Positions 39,460 through 48,863 are shown, numbered from the stretch's first letter. The stretch is DNA of 64,000 nt from Thermodesulfobacteriota bacterium (GCA_024763535.1 JANTFH010000002.1:8338-72337), one strand, 5' to 3'. The notes: generated from the sequence alone by a model not told the origin. Program-made: numbers and translations.

Positions 39460-40671
39460 CTAGTGAACGACCTCGCCCAGCATGAAAATCGGCAGGTACA
39501 TACCAACGATCATCGTTCCCAAAATACCCCCCAGAAAAACCATCAGCAGGGGTTCAATAAGGGAGGTGATTGCGGCGACCGCCGCGTCTACCTCATCGTC
39601 GTAAAAGTCGGCAATTTTGTTGAGCATCTGGTCGAGGGCACCGGTGGTCTCGCCGACCGCTATCATCTGCACGACCATGGCCGGAAAGATACCGCTCTCC
39701 ATCAAGGGCTCGGCAATGGTTTTACCCTGGCTTATGCTCTCCCGGGTTGCCAGGATAGCTTTTTCAATAACCACGTTGCCGGCGGTTCGGGCGACAATCT
39801 CCAGTGAGGTCAGGATCGGCACCCCGCTGGAGATCATGGTTCCCAGGGTACGAGTAAATTTGGCGACCGCCACCTTACGCAGAAGCATACCGAAGATCGG
39901 CATTTTCAGAAACATGTTATCGAAAAAATGGTGGGCTTTGTCACTCTTCTGGTAGGTTTTTCTGAGAGTGTAGCCGGAGATAAAAAGAGCAATGATGATG
40001 TATATAACGTTATCACGCAAAAAGGCACTTATATTGACTATGATCTGGGTTAAGAGCGGCAGATCCGATCCGAAACTGGAAAACATCTTTTGGAACGCGG
40101 GTATAACGAAGATCATCATAATGGCGATAACGATGATTGCCACCGTGATAACCGAAGCCGGGTAGACTAAAGCTCCTTTGACCTGTTTCTTGAGCTTCAT
40201 ATTCTTTTCCATGAAAAAAGCCAAGCGGCCGAGGATGATATCCAGAGCCCCGCCGGTTTCACCCGCTTCAACCATGTTGCAGTAGAGAGAATCAAATGCC
40301 GTGGGATGTTTCCTTAAAGCGTCAGCCAGGGTTTCGCCGGTTTCAACCGCATTTTTGATAGCGGTCAGAACCTTTTTGAACTCTTTATTCTCCTGCTGAT
40401 CCGCCTGGATTTCAAGGCACTGAATGATCGGCAGGCCGGCGTTAATCATGGTTGAAAACTGGCGGGTAAAGACGACGACATCTTTTTCCGGAACCTTGGC
40501 TTTAAAAAATGGAAGGTTGATCTCGATATCTTTGGGTTTCTTTTTGACTTTGAGATCGGTAATGCCTTTCTTGCGCAGGCCCAGGGTGACGATGCTTTCC
40601 GAGAGTGCTTCGGTTTCACCTTTAACTTTTTTACCCTGGCGGTTTTTGCCCTGCCACTTGAATGTGTCCAT
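39460..40671 (-). CDS. pilC: Type IV pilus inner-membrane platform protein
   Basis: FTRQFSTMINAGLP, GETGGALD, GETTGALDQML, IEPLLMV, MYLPIF. Confidence 0.95.
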   Translation of the reverse strand: MDTFKWQGKNRQGKKVKGETEALSESIVTLGLRKKGITDLKVKKKPKDIEINLPFFKAKVPEKDVVVFTRQFSTMINAGLPIIQCLEIQADQQENKEFKKVLTAIKNAVETGETLADALRKHPTAFDSLYCNMVEAGETGGALDIILGRLAFFMEKNMKLKKQVKGALVYPASVITVAIIVIAIMMIFVIPAFQKMFSSFGSDLPLLTQIIVNISAFLRDNVIYIIIALFISGYTLRKTYQKSDKAHHFFDNMFLKMPIFGMLLRKVAVAKFTRTLGTMISSGVPILTSLEIVARTAGNVVIEKAILATRESISQGKTIAEPLMESGIFPAMVVQMIAVGETTGALDQMLNKIADFYDDEVDAAVAAITSLIEPLLMVFLGGILGTMIVGMYLPIFMLGEVVH

Positions 40672-40716
40672 AACTTTTCCTTAACCTTTTATAGCGAAAA
40701 AACCGTTATACGCAGA

Positions 40717-40758
40717 TAGCCGATCTTCAGTCGGATTTTTGAGGCTGAAGATTGGCTA
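40717..40758. repeat. 16-bp inverted repeat between pilT and pilC
   Basis: TAGCCGATCTTCAGTC ... GGCTGAAGATTGGCTA, two mismatches. Confidence 0.6.
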
Positions 40759-40813
40759 GAGCACCGAAATGTATTGAGATTACTTTTCTGTCGCAGCTCT
40801 GCCGGTGGCATTA

Positions 40814-41881
40814 TCAGACCATCTGCCCCAGCATCTGTTTTAATTCCATCAGATCGTTGCTCTTCGAGAAAGCATCATCCAAAGTGATCTTACCGCTCTG
40901 ATAGAGCGTAGCTAAAGACTGGTTCATGGTCTGCATTGAAAATCGGCTCTGGCCGACCTGCATCTGGGAATAGATCTGATGTACCTTGTCTTCCCGGATC
41001 AGGTTACGGATGGCCGCATTGGGCACCATCAGTTCTAATGCAAGAACCCGGCCATTGCCGCTGCGATGGGGTAAAAGCTGTTGGGAGATAACCGCCTGGA
41101 GAACGAAAGAGAGCTGCGAGCGGATTTGCGGCTGTTGGTGTGAGGGAAAGATGTCGATGATCCGGTTGATGGTCTGGGCGCAGGAGTTGGTGTGCAGAGT
41201 CGCCAGGGTCAAGTGCCCGGTTTCGGCTACAGTCAGGCTTGAGGCTACGGTTTCAAGGTCACGCAGTTCGCCGACCAGAACCACATCCGGATCCTGGCGC
41301 AGAATATAGCGCAGTGCTTTGCTGAAATTTTCAGTGTCAGCCTTGACTTCGCGCTGGTTGACGATACAGTTTTTATGGGTATGAATAAACTCAATCGGGT
41401 CTTCGATGGTGATGATATGTTCGTGGCGCTCCTCGTTGACCTGATTGATCATTGATGCCAAAGTCGTGCTTTTACCACTGCCGGTGGGGCCGGTGACCAG
41501 GATCAGACCGCTGGGTTTGCGGAGCAATTCATGAATGACCGGCGGCAGGCCAAGTTCCTCGTAGGGCCTTATTTCGTAAGGGATGGCCCGGAAAGCTCCG
41601 GCGGCCGTGCCGCGCTGGACAAAGATGTTGGCCCGGAAGCGGCTGACCCCTTTGAGTCCGAAGGAGAGATCGAGCTCATTCTCTTTCTCGAAGCGGTGTT
41701 TCTGGCTGTCGGTTAAGACACTGTAGCACATCTGGGTCGTCTCATTCGCAGTCAAAGGCGGAAGATCCAGGGCCTCAAGGACACCGTCGACCCGAATCTG
41801 CGGAGGGCTGGCAACCGTCAAGTGAAGGTCCGAGGCACCTCTGTCGATCATAATTTTCAGAAGCTCATGTAAGCTGGCCAT
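40814..41881 (-). CDS. pilT: Type IV pilus retraction ATPase
   Basis: GPTGSGKSTT, TIEDPIE, LRQDPD, AIRNLIRE motif. Confidence 0.97.
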   Translation of the reverse strand: MASLHELLKIMIDRGASDLHLTVASPPQIRVDGVLEALDLPPLTANETTQMCYSVLTDSQKHRFEKENELDLSFGLKGVSRFRANIFVQRGTAAGAFRAIPYEIRPYEELGLPPVIHELLRKPSGLILVTGPTGSGKSTTLASMINQVNEERHEHIITIEDPIEFIHTHKNCIVNQREVKADTENFSKALRYILRQDPDVVLVGELRDLETVASSLTVAETGHLTLATLHTNSCAQTINRIIDIFPSHQQPQIRSQLSFVLQAVISQQLLPHRSGNGRVLALELMVPNAAIRNLIREDKVHQIYSQMQVGQSRFSMQTMNQSLATLYQSGKITLDDAFSKSNDLMELKQMLGQMV

Positions 41882-41941
41882 AGTTTAGCTCCGTAATAGA
41901 TATTGATTTGCTTATGTCATGCCGGTTAAATTGGGCGTAAC

Positions 41942-43651
41942 TTAATCTCGGGCGGTTACCCGCAGGACCTCCTGGAAACTTGTAGTTCCTTCGAGCATTT
42001 TGCTGAGACCGCTCTGTCGCAGGCTCTTCATGCCGTTTTTGATCGCTATATTCTTTAATTCTATCGTGTTGGCTCCATCGAGGATGGCACTCTTTACCTC
42101 ATCAGCAAAAGTCATGACCTCATAGAGGGCGATTCTGCCCCGGTAGCCGGTACGGTTGCATTCGTCACAGCCTTCACCTTTCATGCAGGCCGCAGTTTCG
42201 GCTGTCTGCGGATCCATGCCGCTTTGAATCAAGGTGGCCGCTGGAATATTGTCCCGGGTGATGCATTTGGGGCAGATTCTGCGGGCCAGCCGCTGGGCGA
42301 TTATAACATTGACGGATGAGACGATCAGGAATGGTTCGATACCCATGTTTACCAGCCGGGTAATACTGCTCGGAGCATCGTTGGTATGCAGGGTTGAGAG
42401 TACCAGGTGGCCGGTCAATGATGCTTTGATGCTGATCTCCGCCGTCTCCAGGTCACGCATCTCACCTACCAGGATAATATCCGGATCCTGCCGCAGGAAG
42501 GAGCGCAGAGCTGAAGCGAAGGTCAGACCGATATTTTCCCGGACCTGAACCTGATTCACGCCTTCCAGATTAAATTCAACCGGATCTTCAGCCGTCATGA
42601 TGTTGTCCGAGACCTTGTTGAGTTCGCTTAAGGCGGAGTACAGGGTTGTGGTTTTCCCGCTTCCGGTCGGGCCGGTGACCAGGATCAGGCCGTAGGGCTG
42701 CCGGATTGCGTCATCCACCGCCTCCAGGGCTTGCGGTTCAAGACCGAGTCTGGTCATGTCAAGTTGAAGGTTGGATTGGTCAAGCAGGCGCATTACTATT
42801 TTTTCGCCGAAGAGGGTCGGTAGTACCGAGACCCGCATATCCATAGATTTGCCCTTGCCGAGTTTCATTTTTATACGACCGTCCTGAGGCAGGCGGCGTT
42901 CGGCAATATCTAGTTCCGACATGATTTTAATGCGTGAAGTAATAGCATTTTTCAGGCGCATCGGCGGTTTCATAATCTCGTAGAGAACTCCGTCAATCCG
43001 GTAGCGAACCCGAAAAAATTTTTCGAATGGTTCGACATGAATATCGCTGGCTCCGCGCCTGATTGAATCGATAATGATTTTGTTGACCAGGCGAATTACC
43101 GGGGCATCCTCTACTCCCTTTTGCAGGTCTGCGGTATCGCTGTCATTTTCCTCCTGCACGACCTCCAGTTCGGAGTCGTCGAATTCGGATATTATGTCAT
43201 CCAGCATCGAGGAAGAATCGTAGTAGCGGTCAATCGCTTTCTTGATTGCGGCTTCGGAAGCGATTGTAGTTTCAATGTCGTAGCCGGTAATAAATTTTAT
43301 GTCATCCAGAGCTGAGAGGTCGGTGGGGTCGCTAGTCGCAATAATCAGGGTTGAACCGATGCGGTTGGTCGGTAGAACATGGTGTTTGTTGGCCAACTCA
43401 CTGGAGATCAATTCTATGACTTGATCGGAGATAGTTATCTCATTCAGGTTTACGGCTGGAACCCCGAATTGAAGACTTAGGAAATTAGTCAGCTGCTCAT
43501 CTTTTATATAGCCTAAGCGAACCAGAGTTGATCCTAGCCGGGCGGGGTTGATCTTTTGCTCAGCCAAAGCATGGTTTAACTGGTCGGGAGTGATTAAGTT
43601 GGCATTGAGCAGCAGATCACCGATGCGCTTATTGGTTTTAGGGGGGGGCAT
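41942..43651 (-). CDS. pilB: Type IV pilus assembly ATPase with N-terminal MshEN motifs
   Basis: ASDIHVEP, RLPQDGR, GPTGSGKTTT, LRQDPDIILVGE, tetra-Cys Zn motif; ATG 43651 preferred over TTG 43672. Confidence 0.97.
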   Translation of the reverse strand: MPPPKTNKRIGDLLLNANLITPDQLNHALAEQKINPARLGSTLVRLGYIKDEQLTNFLSLQFGVPAVNLNEITISDQVIELISSELANKHHVLPTNRIGSTLIIATSDPTDLSALDDIKFITGYDIETTIASEAAIKKAIDRYYDSSSMLDDIISEFDDSELEVVQEENDSDTADLQKGVEDAPVIRLVNKIIIDSIRRGASDIHVEPFEKFFRVRYRIDGVLYEIMKPPMRLKNAITSRIKIMSELDIAERRLPQDGRIKMKLGKGKSMDMRVSVLPTLFGEKIVMRLLDQSNLQLDMTRLGLEPQALEAVDDAIRQPYGLILVTGPTGSGKTTTLYSALSELNKVSDNIMTAEDPVEFNLEGVNQVQVRENIGLTFASALRSFLRQDPDIILVGEMRDLETAEISIKASLTGHLVLSTLHTNDAPSSITRLVNMGIEPFLIVSSVNVIIAQRLARRICPKCITRDNIPAATLIQSGMDPQTAETAACMKGEGCDECNRTGYRGRIALYEVMTFADEVKSAILDGANTIELKNIAIKNGMKSLRQSGLSKMLEGTTSFQEVLRVTARD

Positions 43652-44438
43652 AACCTTGCTTCCTGATTTCAAATAGAGGTTGGTTTGTTAACTTTATGAT
43701 ATCACAAGCTGAAACCGGCATAAACCTTCCGGCCAAGAGCCGCGCAGAGGGCCTGTTTGCCACTTTGTAATTTGTGAGTATACACACCTTTGCATATTCA
43801 ATCAACTATAAAGCTGTTTTCTCAGCTCTTTTTTTATCTTTATTTAAGAACTTTGTATTATCTTGTGAGGTTCTCTCAATTGCCGTCGGCCGGCAAATTA
43901 AAACCCACTGTTTTATTCCTCGATTAGAGGTTGTTAAAAAATTCACCTGAAGCTTTTAATGTTAGTACTCTATTCGGGGTGTTAAAGTGTCTAATCAACA
44001 CTTTTCTTGTCTCCTTTCAGACGGTGTTAATTGGCCGAAGTTATCTCTATATGGTTGTATTTATGATTGTTTTTAGTTGTATATAAAATATTATAGATGA
44101 TATTTATTTGAAACGTAAATATTTATCACGAAAGAATTAAAATGATGTTTTTTTCTTGACATTGTAATTACTATGTTTTAGAGATATTGATCTGTGGGGT
44201 TGTAACTTATTTTTTTCTTTGCAACTTCAGCGATAATTTGATGAGGATTGGATTTGACTCGTAAAGGAGGTGATAAAGAGAGATAGCACGGGTATAGAAT
44301 CTGGTTTGAATCAAACGGCCATCTTAGGGCTTAAGGCGGGCATCTACTTTTTTTCGACATCTTACATCTATTATTCTGTACGCTCAGCCTCAGGTTCGAA
44401 GTAAAGCAACATTCAATTCTAGAAGGAGGGGATAGATA

Positions 44439-44750
44439 ATGAGTGAAGATCGTTACCATATTAACATTTTCAAACCTAATGGTGAATTCCAGAAGACAGA
44501 GGTTAGTTACATCTATTTAATCCTGGCAGTCTGGGCTATCGCTACATACGGCTTTCAGATTCTTCTGAAAATCGTTGAGCGTAACCCCCAGGGGGAAAGT
44601 TTTTTAACCGATATGAATTTTCTCGGTTTTCCTTTTCACTATTGGTACACCGGACAGTTCCTGATTATTCTCTTTATCCTGTTATGCATCTGGTTCAATA
44701 TCATGATCGATGGTCTTGAAGACCGCATGGGTAAAGGTGACGTTTCTTAG
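44439..44750 (+). CDS. DUF4212-family small membrane subunit of sodium:solute symporter
   Basis: Two TMs, LGFPFHYWYTGQ motif, strong SD AAGGAGG, directly upstream of an SSS gene. Confidence 0.85.
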   Translation: MSEDRYHINIFKPNGEFQKTEVSYIYLILAVWAIATYGFQILLKIVERNPQGESFLTDMNFLGFPFHYWYTGQFLIILFILLCIWFNIMIDGLEDRMGKGDVS

Positions 44751-44852
44751 AATTACAAATTTGCCAACGAAGCGTCTATCAGAAAACGTCTCGATTTATG
44801 ATTGGTTGTCAAATTTCATAATCGGGCTTGATGAGGTATAAGGAGTTTATAG

Positions 44853-46388
44853 ATGGAATCGAGTTTTAAATTAGGACCAGCAATTATTCTGGTCGTCGTA
44901 CTTATTGCGTTTATCGGTATCGGGGTCGGGCATAAAGCCAAGGATCAGGACGATTACTGGGCGGCTGGTCGTGGAATCGGTCGGGTCGGGGCTGGGGCCG
45001 CGATCGCCAGTAACTGGATGAGTGCTGCAAGTTTTCTGGGCATGGCCGGACTGCTCTATTTGAAAGGCTATTTCGCTCTGGCGTATGTTATCGGCTGGAC
45101 CGGTGGTTACGTTATGCTGCTGGTTTTGATGGCCGGTCAGATTCGTCGTTTCGGTAAATACACGGCGGCTGACTTTATCGGTGACCGCTTCGAATCACAG
45201 GGCGCTCGTCTGATTGCCGCGTTGACCGCTATTATCATCTCCCTGACCTACGCTATCGGTCAGTACAAAGGTATCGCGATGATGTTCCAGTGGGTTTTCG
45301 GGATGAACTATGCGACTTCGGTTATCGTCGGAACCGCCGTTGTTCTGGCCTATATCATCATCGCCGGTATGCTGGGTGCGACCAAGAACATGCAGTTCCA
45401 GTATGTTATCATCATTACCGCCTTTATCTTTCCGCTGATCTTCATAGCTAAAAAGATGGGCTATTTTTATCTGATTCCGGAAATCGGGTATGGCTCGGCG
45501 GTTTGGGATTTGGGACATAAGTTCGCATCCGATCCCAACAACCTTAAATATGTACAGCCCTGGGGTGTCGCATCTACTTACAAATGGATCGCCCTCTGTT
45601 TTACTCTGATGGTTGGTACCGCCGGTCTGCCGCACGTACTTTCCCGTTTCTATGTTGTTCCCAATACCCGTGATGCCCGCTGGTCGGTTGTCTGGGGTCT
45701 TTTCTTTATCGGTCTGCTCTACTGGAGTTCTCCGGCTTATGCGGCTTTCGCAAGAGTTCAGAATGCTATCGCCGGGGTTCAGCCGGTTAAAGCTCTGGCT
45801 GATGCTATCGTCGTTACCGCGGCTGAAAATGCGGGTCTGCCGCAATGGTTCTGCGGTTATCTCGCAGCGGGTGCTATCAGTGCCGCTTTCTCGACCGTTT
45901 CCGGTCTGCTGATCGCCGCCGGCGGGGCTGTATCCCACGATATCTATTATCGTATCGTCAACCCCAACGCTTCCGAGAATGCGCGGATGGTAATCTCCAA
46001 GGTTGCGGTTTTCGCACTTGGCCTGGTGGTTGTTATCTTCGCTCTGAAACCTTTCGCTCTGATCGCTCAGATCGTTGCCATGGCCTTCGCGATTGCCGGG
46101 AACACCATTTTCCCGACCTTCCTGCTGGGTGTCTGGTGGAGTCGTTCCAATAAACAGGGTTGTATTGCCGGGATGCTGGTCGGCCTGTTCCTGACCGCCT
46201 TCTTCTTCTTCTGGGGCAAAGGCAACAGCCACTGGCTGGCGCAGTTGATTCCGTTCACCTCTTCTTCTCTTATCCTGATGCCGGTAGCATTGTTTACGAA
46301 CATTATTGTTTCGTCAATGACTCCGCCACCCTCTAAAGAGATTCGCAAGTTCCTCTGCGAGCAGGTGCATGGTATTGAGTTCGACTAG
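44853..46388 (+). CDS. Sodium:solute symporter, VC_2705/ActP-like subfamily
   Basis: ASNWMSAASFLG, FGKYTAADFIGDRF, GTAGLPHVL, HDIYY; highly hydrophobic, many predicted TMs. Confidence 0.92.
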   Translation: MESSFKLGPAIILVVVLIAFIGIGVGHKAKDQDDYWAAGRGIGRVGAGAAIASNWMSAASFLGMAGLLYLKGYFALAYVIGWTGGYVMLLVLMAGQIRRFGKYTAADFIGDRFESQGARLIAALTAIIISLTYAIGQYKGIAMMFQWVFGMNYATSVIVGTAVVLAYIIIAGMLGATKNMQFQYVIIITAFIFPLIFIAKKMGYFYLIPEIGYGSAVWDLGHKFASDPNNLKYVQPWGVASTYKWIALCFTLMVGTAGLPHVLSRFYVVPNTRDARWSVVWGLFFIGLLYWSSPAYAAFARVQNAIAGVQPVKALADAIVVTAAENAGLPQWFCGYLAAGAISAAFSTVSGLLIAAGGAVSHDIYYRIVNPNASENARMVISKVAVFALGLVVVIFALKPFALIAQIVAMAFAIAGNTIFPTFLLGVWWSRSNKQGCIAGMLVGLFLTAFFFFWGKGNSHWLAQLIPFTSSSLILMPVALFTNIIVSSMTPPPSKEIRKFLCEQVHGIEFD

Positions 46389-46417
46389 TACTCTATTCTT
46401 TCAATAGAGAGTTGTAT

Positions 46418-46452
46418 AAAAAGAGGGGGTGCATCATTGCACCCCCTCTTTT
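46418..46452 (+). terminator. Intrinsic terminator, probably bidirectional
   Basis: AAAAGAGGGGGTGCA-tcat-TGCACCCCCTCTTTT perfect stem. Confidence 0.9.
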
Positions 46453-46548
46453 CATTGCTTTTTTAGAAATGATTATTTATATAGTAAATTGTTAAACTAG
46501 ATATCTTCTTTATAGGAGTGAGTTTGTAATTATAAGAGGTTTGTCTGA

Positions 46549-47802
46549 ATGCCGATTGCTTACAAATCAGCCGATTTCAGCCAACTCTATCGTCAATACC
46601 GACAAAGCGGCAGGGTTGACGATCGGGCGCGATTGAGTTCCGTTCTGGATTTCGCGGAGGAGTTCAAGTTTTTTCCGGATATCGGCGTACATCTTGAGTC
46701 TCTGGACCAAGGTTGTGAGCTCCTTCAGGAACGCCGTAATTATCTTAAGGTGAGACTGGCTGAAATCAATAAGCTGATCAGTCGTATACCTCAGGTCGAT
46801 GAACTGGAAGATCTGGTTGAGCTGCATCGTCGTCTGAATGTAGTGGCCATAGAGCTCTTTCTTAAGGGCGTAGGGGTGATGGAGGTGCATGCGCTGATCA
46901 CCGACTACCGGCATATTTTGACCGAGAGGGTAGTTGCGCTGATCTCGGCTAAATTATCGCCGCAACCCTGTGAATTTGCCTGGTTTAACATGGGCAGTGA
47001 CGGTCGGCGCGAACAGACCTTTTTTACCGATCAGGATAATGCTCTGGTTTACCGGGTTGACGGGGTGGCGGAGATCGATGCCTATTTTGAAAATTTTGCC
47101 AGGGAGATGGTCGCGGCACTGGACCGTGTAGGCTTTGCTCTCTGTACCGGGAACATCATGCCCTCAAATCCGGATTGGCGCGGTTCTCTGGAGGACTGGC
47201 ACCGGAAAATGGAGCACATTTTTCATGACCAGAGCCAGAATAATCTGTTGCGGGTAATTATTCTGATGGACATCGCCTATTGTGCCGGGACAAAAGATAT
47301 TGCTCAGCAGTTGATCGACAAAGTACACCAGATGATCCATGATAACTTCGGAGCTCTGATGGTGATGGCCCGGAGTGCCGTGATGTCGAGTGTGGCCTTA
47401 ACCATGTTCAAGCAATTTCGTCTGGAAAAAGAGCCTGAACATAGAGGGAAATTTAATATCAAACTTTTCGGCTGGGCTCCTTTGATCATGACGGCCCGGG
47501 TTTTTGCTTTAAAATATGGTTTCCGGGACACCAACACCGTGGCGCGTATAAAACATCTGGAGGCTCAGAACCATTTTGATGTGGAACTCTCACAAAGTCT
47601 GCAGGAAGCTTATCTGGTGCTGGCAAATGCCAAGCTGATCTCGCAAGTCGAAGCAATTGTCTCCGGTCGGAAATATGACTATTATCTAGATCCTAAAACC
47701 CTGAAACCGGAGGAGCAGGAGAGGCTGAAACAAGCGTTAAGCAGTGTCGAGGTACTGCAGAAGCTGGCTTATAACAGTTTTTTCAGTAGTAGTGGTTTAT
47801 AG
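46549..47802 (+). CDS. DUF294 / DUF294_C putative nucleotidyltransferase without cNMP/CBS domains
   Basis: MGSDGRREQTFFTDQDNAL, FALCTGNIMPSNPDW, C-terminal NIKLFGWAPLIMTARVFAL...TNTVARI. Confidence 0.88.
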   Translation: MPIAYKSADFSQLYRQYRQSGRVDDRARLSSVLDFAEEFKFFPDIGVHLESLDQGCELLQERRNYLKVRLAEINKLISRIPQVDELEDLVELHRRLNVVAIELFLKGVGVMEVHALITDYRHILTERVVALISAKLSPQPCEFAWFNMGSDGRREQTFFTDQDNALVYRVDGVAEIDAYFENFAREMVAALDRVGFALCTGNIMPSNPDWRGSLEDWHRKMEHIFHDQSQNNLLRVIILMDIAYCAGTKDIAQQLIDKVHQMIHDNFGALMVMARSAVMSSVALTMFKQFRLEKEPEHRGKFNIKLFGWAPLIMTARVFALKYGFRDTNTVARIKHLEAQNHFDVELSQSLQEAYLVLANAKLISQVEAIVSGRKYDYYLDPKTLKPEEQERLKQALSSVEVLQKLAYNSFFSSSGL

Positions 47803-47960
47803 GTGTGTGACAGCAATATTGTTTAAGTCAGAAATGGCTGGATTCCCTTGATATGCATGGGGCGATAAGCCTCCGGGAGAGAGGCTGAAACTGCCGTCAG
47901 CGGGCAGGATATCTTGTCCCGGCCGCAGTGATGAAGAGCGGCTGGAGCGCTGTCGAGCGG

Positions 47961-48377
47961 TTATCCACTATGGCAGCAACACAGGGCCAGGGCTTTTAAG
48001 ATATCTCCCCGGGTAATGATACCGACGAGTTTGTTGTCATCGACCACCGGCAGCCGGTTGATGTGGTTGTCGGTCATGATCAGAGCGCACTTTTCAACAT
48101 CTTCAACCGGGGTGACGGTGATAACCTCGGTCCGCATATGATCGCCGACATGGTGGGAACAGGTTCTGCGGATCTGCTCCAGAGAGCTGCAGTCCAGGTC
48201 AAAGGTTGTAATCAGAGGCAATATATCTTTCCGGGATATGATGCCTGTAACGCGACCCTGATCCATTACCGGGGCCCCGGTAATATTCTTTTCCAGGAAG
48301 AGATCTATTATATCGCACACCCGATCCCGCGGCGTGACACTGATTACAGCCGGGTTCATTATCTCACTCACCTTCAT
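47961..48377 (-). CDS. Stand-alone CBS-pair protein
   Basis: MKVSEIM, ITGAPVMD, GIISRKD, INRLPVVD, GIITRGD. Confidence 0.9.
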   Translation of the reverse strand: MKVSEIMNPAVISVTPRDRVCDIIDLFLEKNITGAPVMDQGRVTGIISRKDILPLITTFDLDCSSLEQIRRTCSHHVGDHMRTEVITVTPVEDVEKCALIMTDNHINRLPVVDDNKLVGIITRGDILKALALCCCHSG

Positions 48378-48810
48378 AGTTCCTTACCTTTGCCTGCCAT
48401 CGAAATATCAGTTGTGTGAGTTGGATACTTTATCTTGAGCGGCGTCTATTTGCAGTTGTTTCAGCCGCTTTACCTCTCTGTGTTACATATACTCTGTTAG
48501 CATTCATTGTCAACTTATAATTGCTTCTGCCGATCCTGGGTTTAGGTGTCGGAACGCTTTTTACGTCAGCTGTCAGCCACTCCCTCTTCATAGATCGGCT
48601 CCGCGTGGTTTTATGAGGCAGAGTTGTTACAGAGTCTTAAATAAGGCTTAAGCTTGTGGTTCCGGGTCTTTGAGAATAGTCATTTTCTGATGGCTCGGCA
48701 CTTCACACGATCAGAAATATGCCCGCTAACGGAGAGCACATCTGGAAACACATTTCCAGTAAACGAAACTAAAACTTTATGGAGAGCAAATGTTGATTTA
48801 TCTTGTAACC

Positions 48811-48863
48811 GGGGTGGTCAATTTTCGATAATCGCAACTGGTCAATTTTCGCTTGTCATTACT
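48811..48863. mobile_element. Solo IS21-family-like terminal repeat (remnant)
   Basis: Two direct copies of TGGTCAATTTTCG (48815-48827, 48839-48851) ending in CTTGTCATTAC; no istA/istB ORF nearby. Confidence 0.6.

Noticed and set aside
27201-43651. comF + radC + type IV pilus genes as a dedicated competence locus
   Set aside because: They lie in different transcription units with unrelated genes between; no comEC, comEA or dprA in the window.
43673-44438. Riboswitch (c-di-GMP-I or other) upstream of pilB or the symporter
   Set aside because: I could not find the conserved GGCAAAC...GAAA...GACGCAAAG core or another known aptamer by eye; an Rfam scan would be decisive.
45195-46232. 345-aa antisense ORF inside the symporter gene
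   Set aside because: It is in exact codon register with the sense gene and explained by avoidance of TTA/CTA/TCA; no recognisable protein motif.
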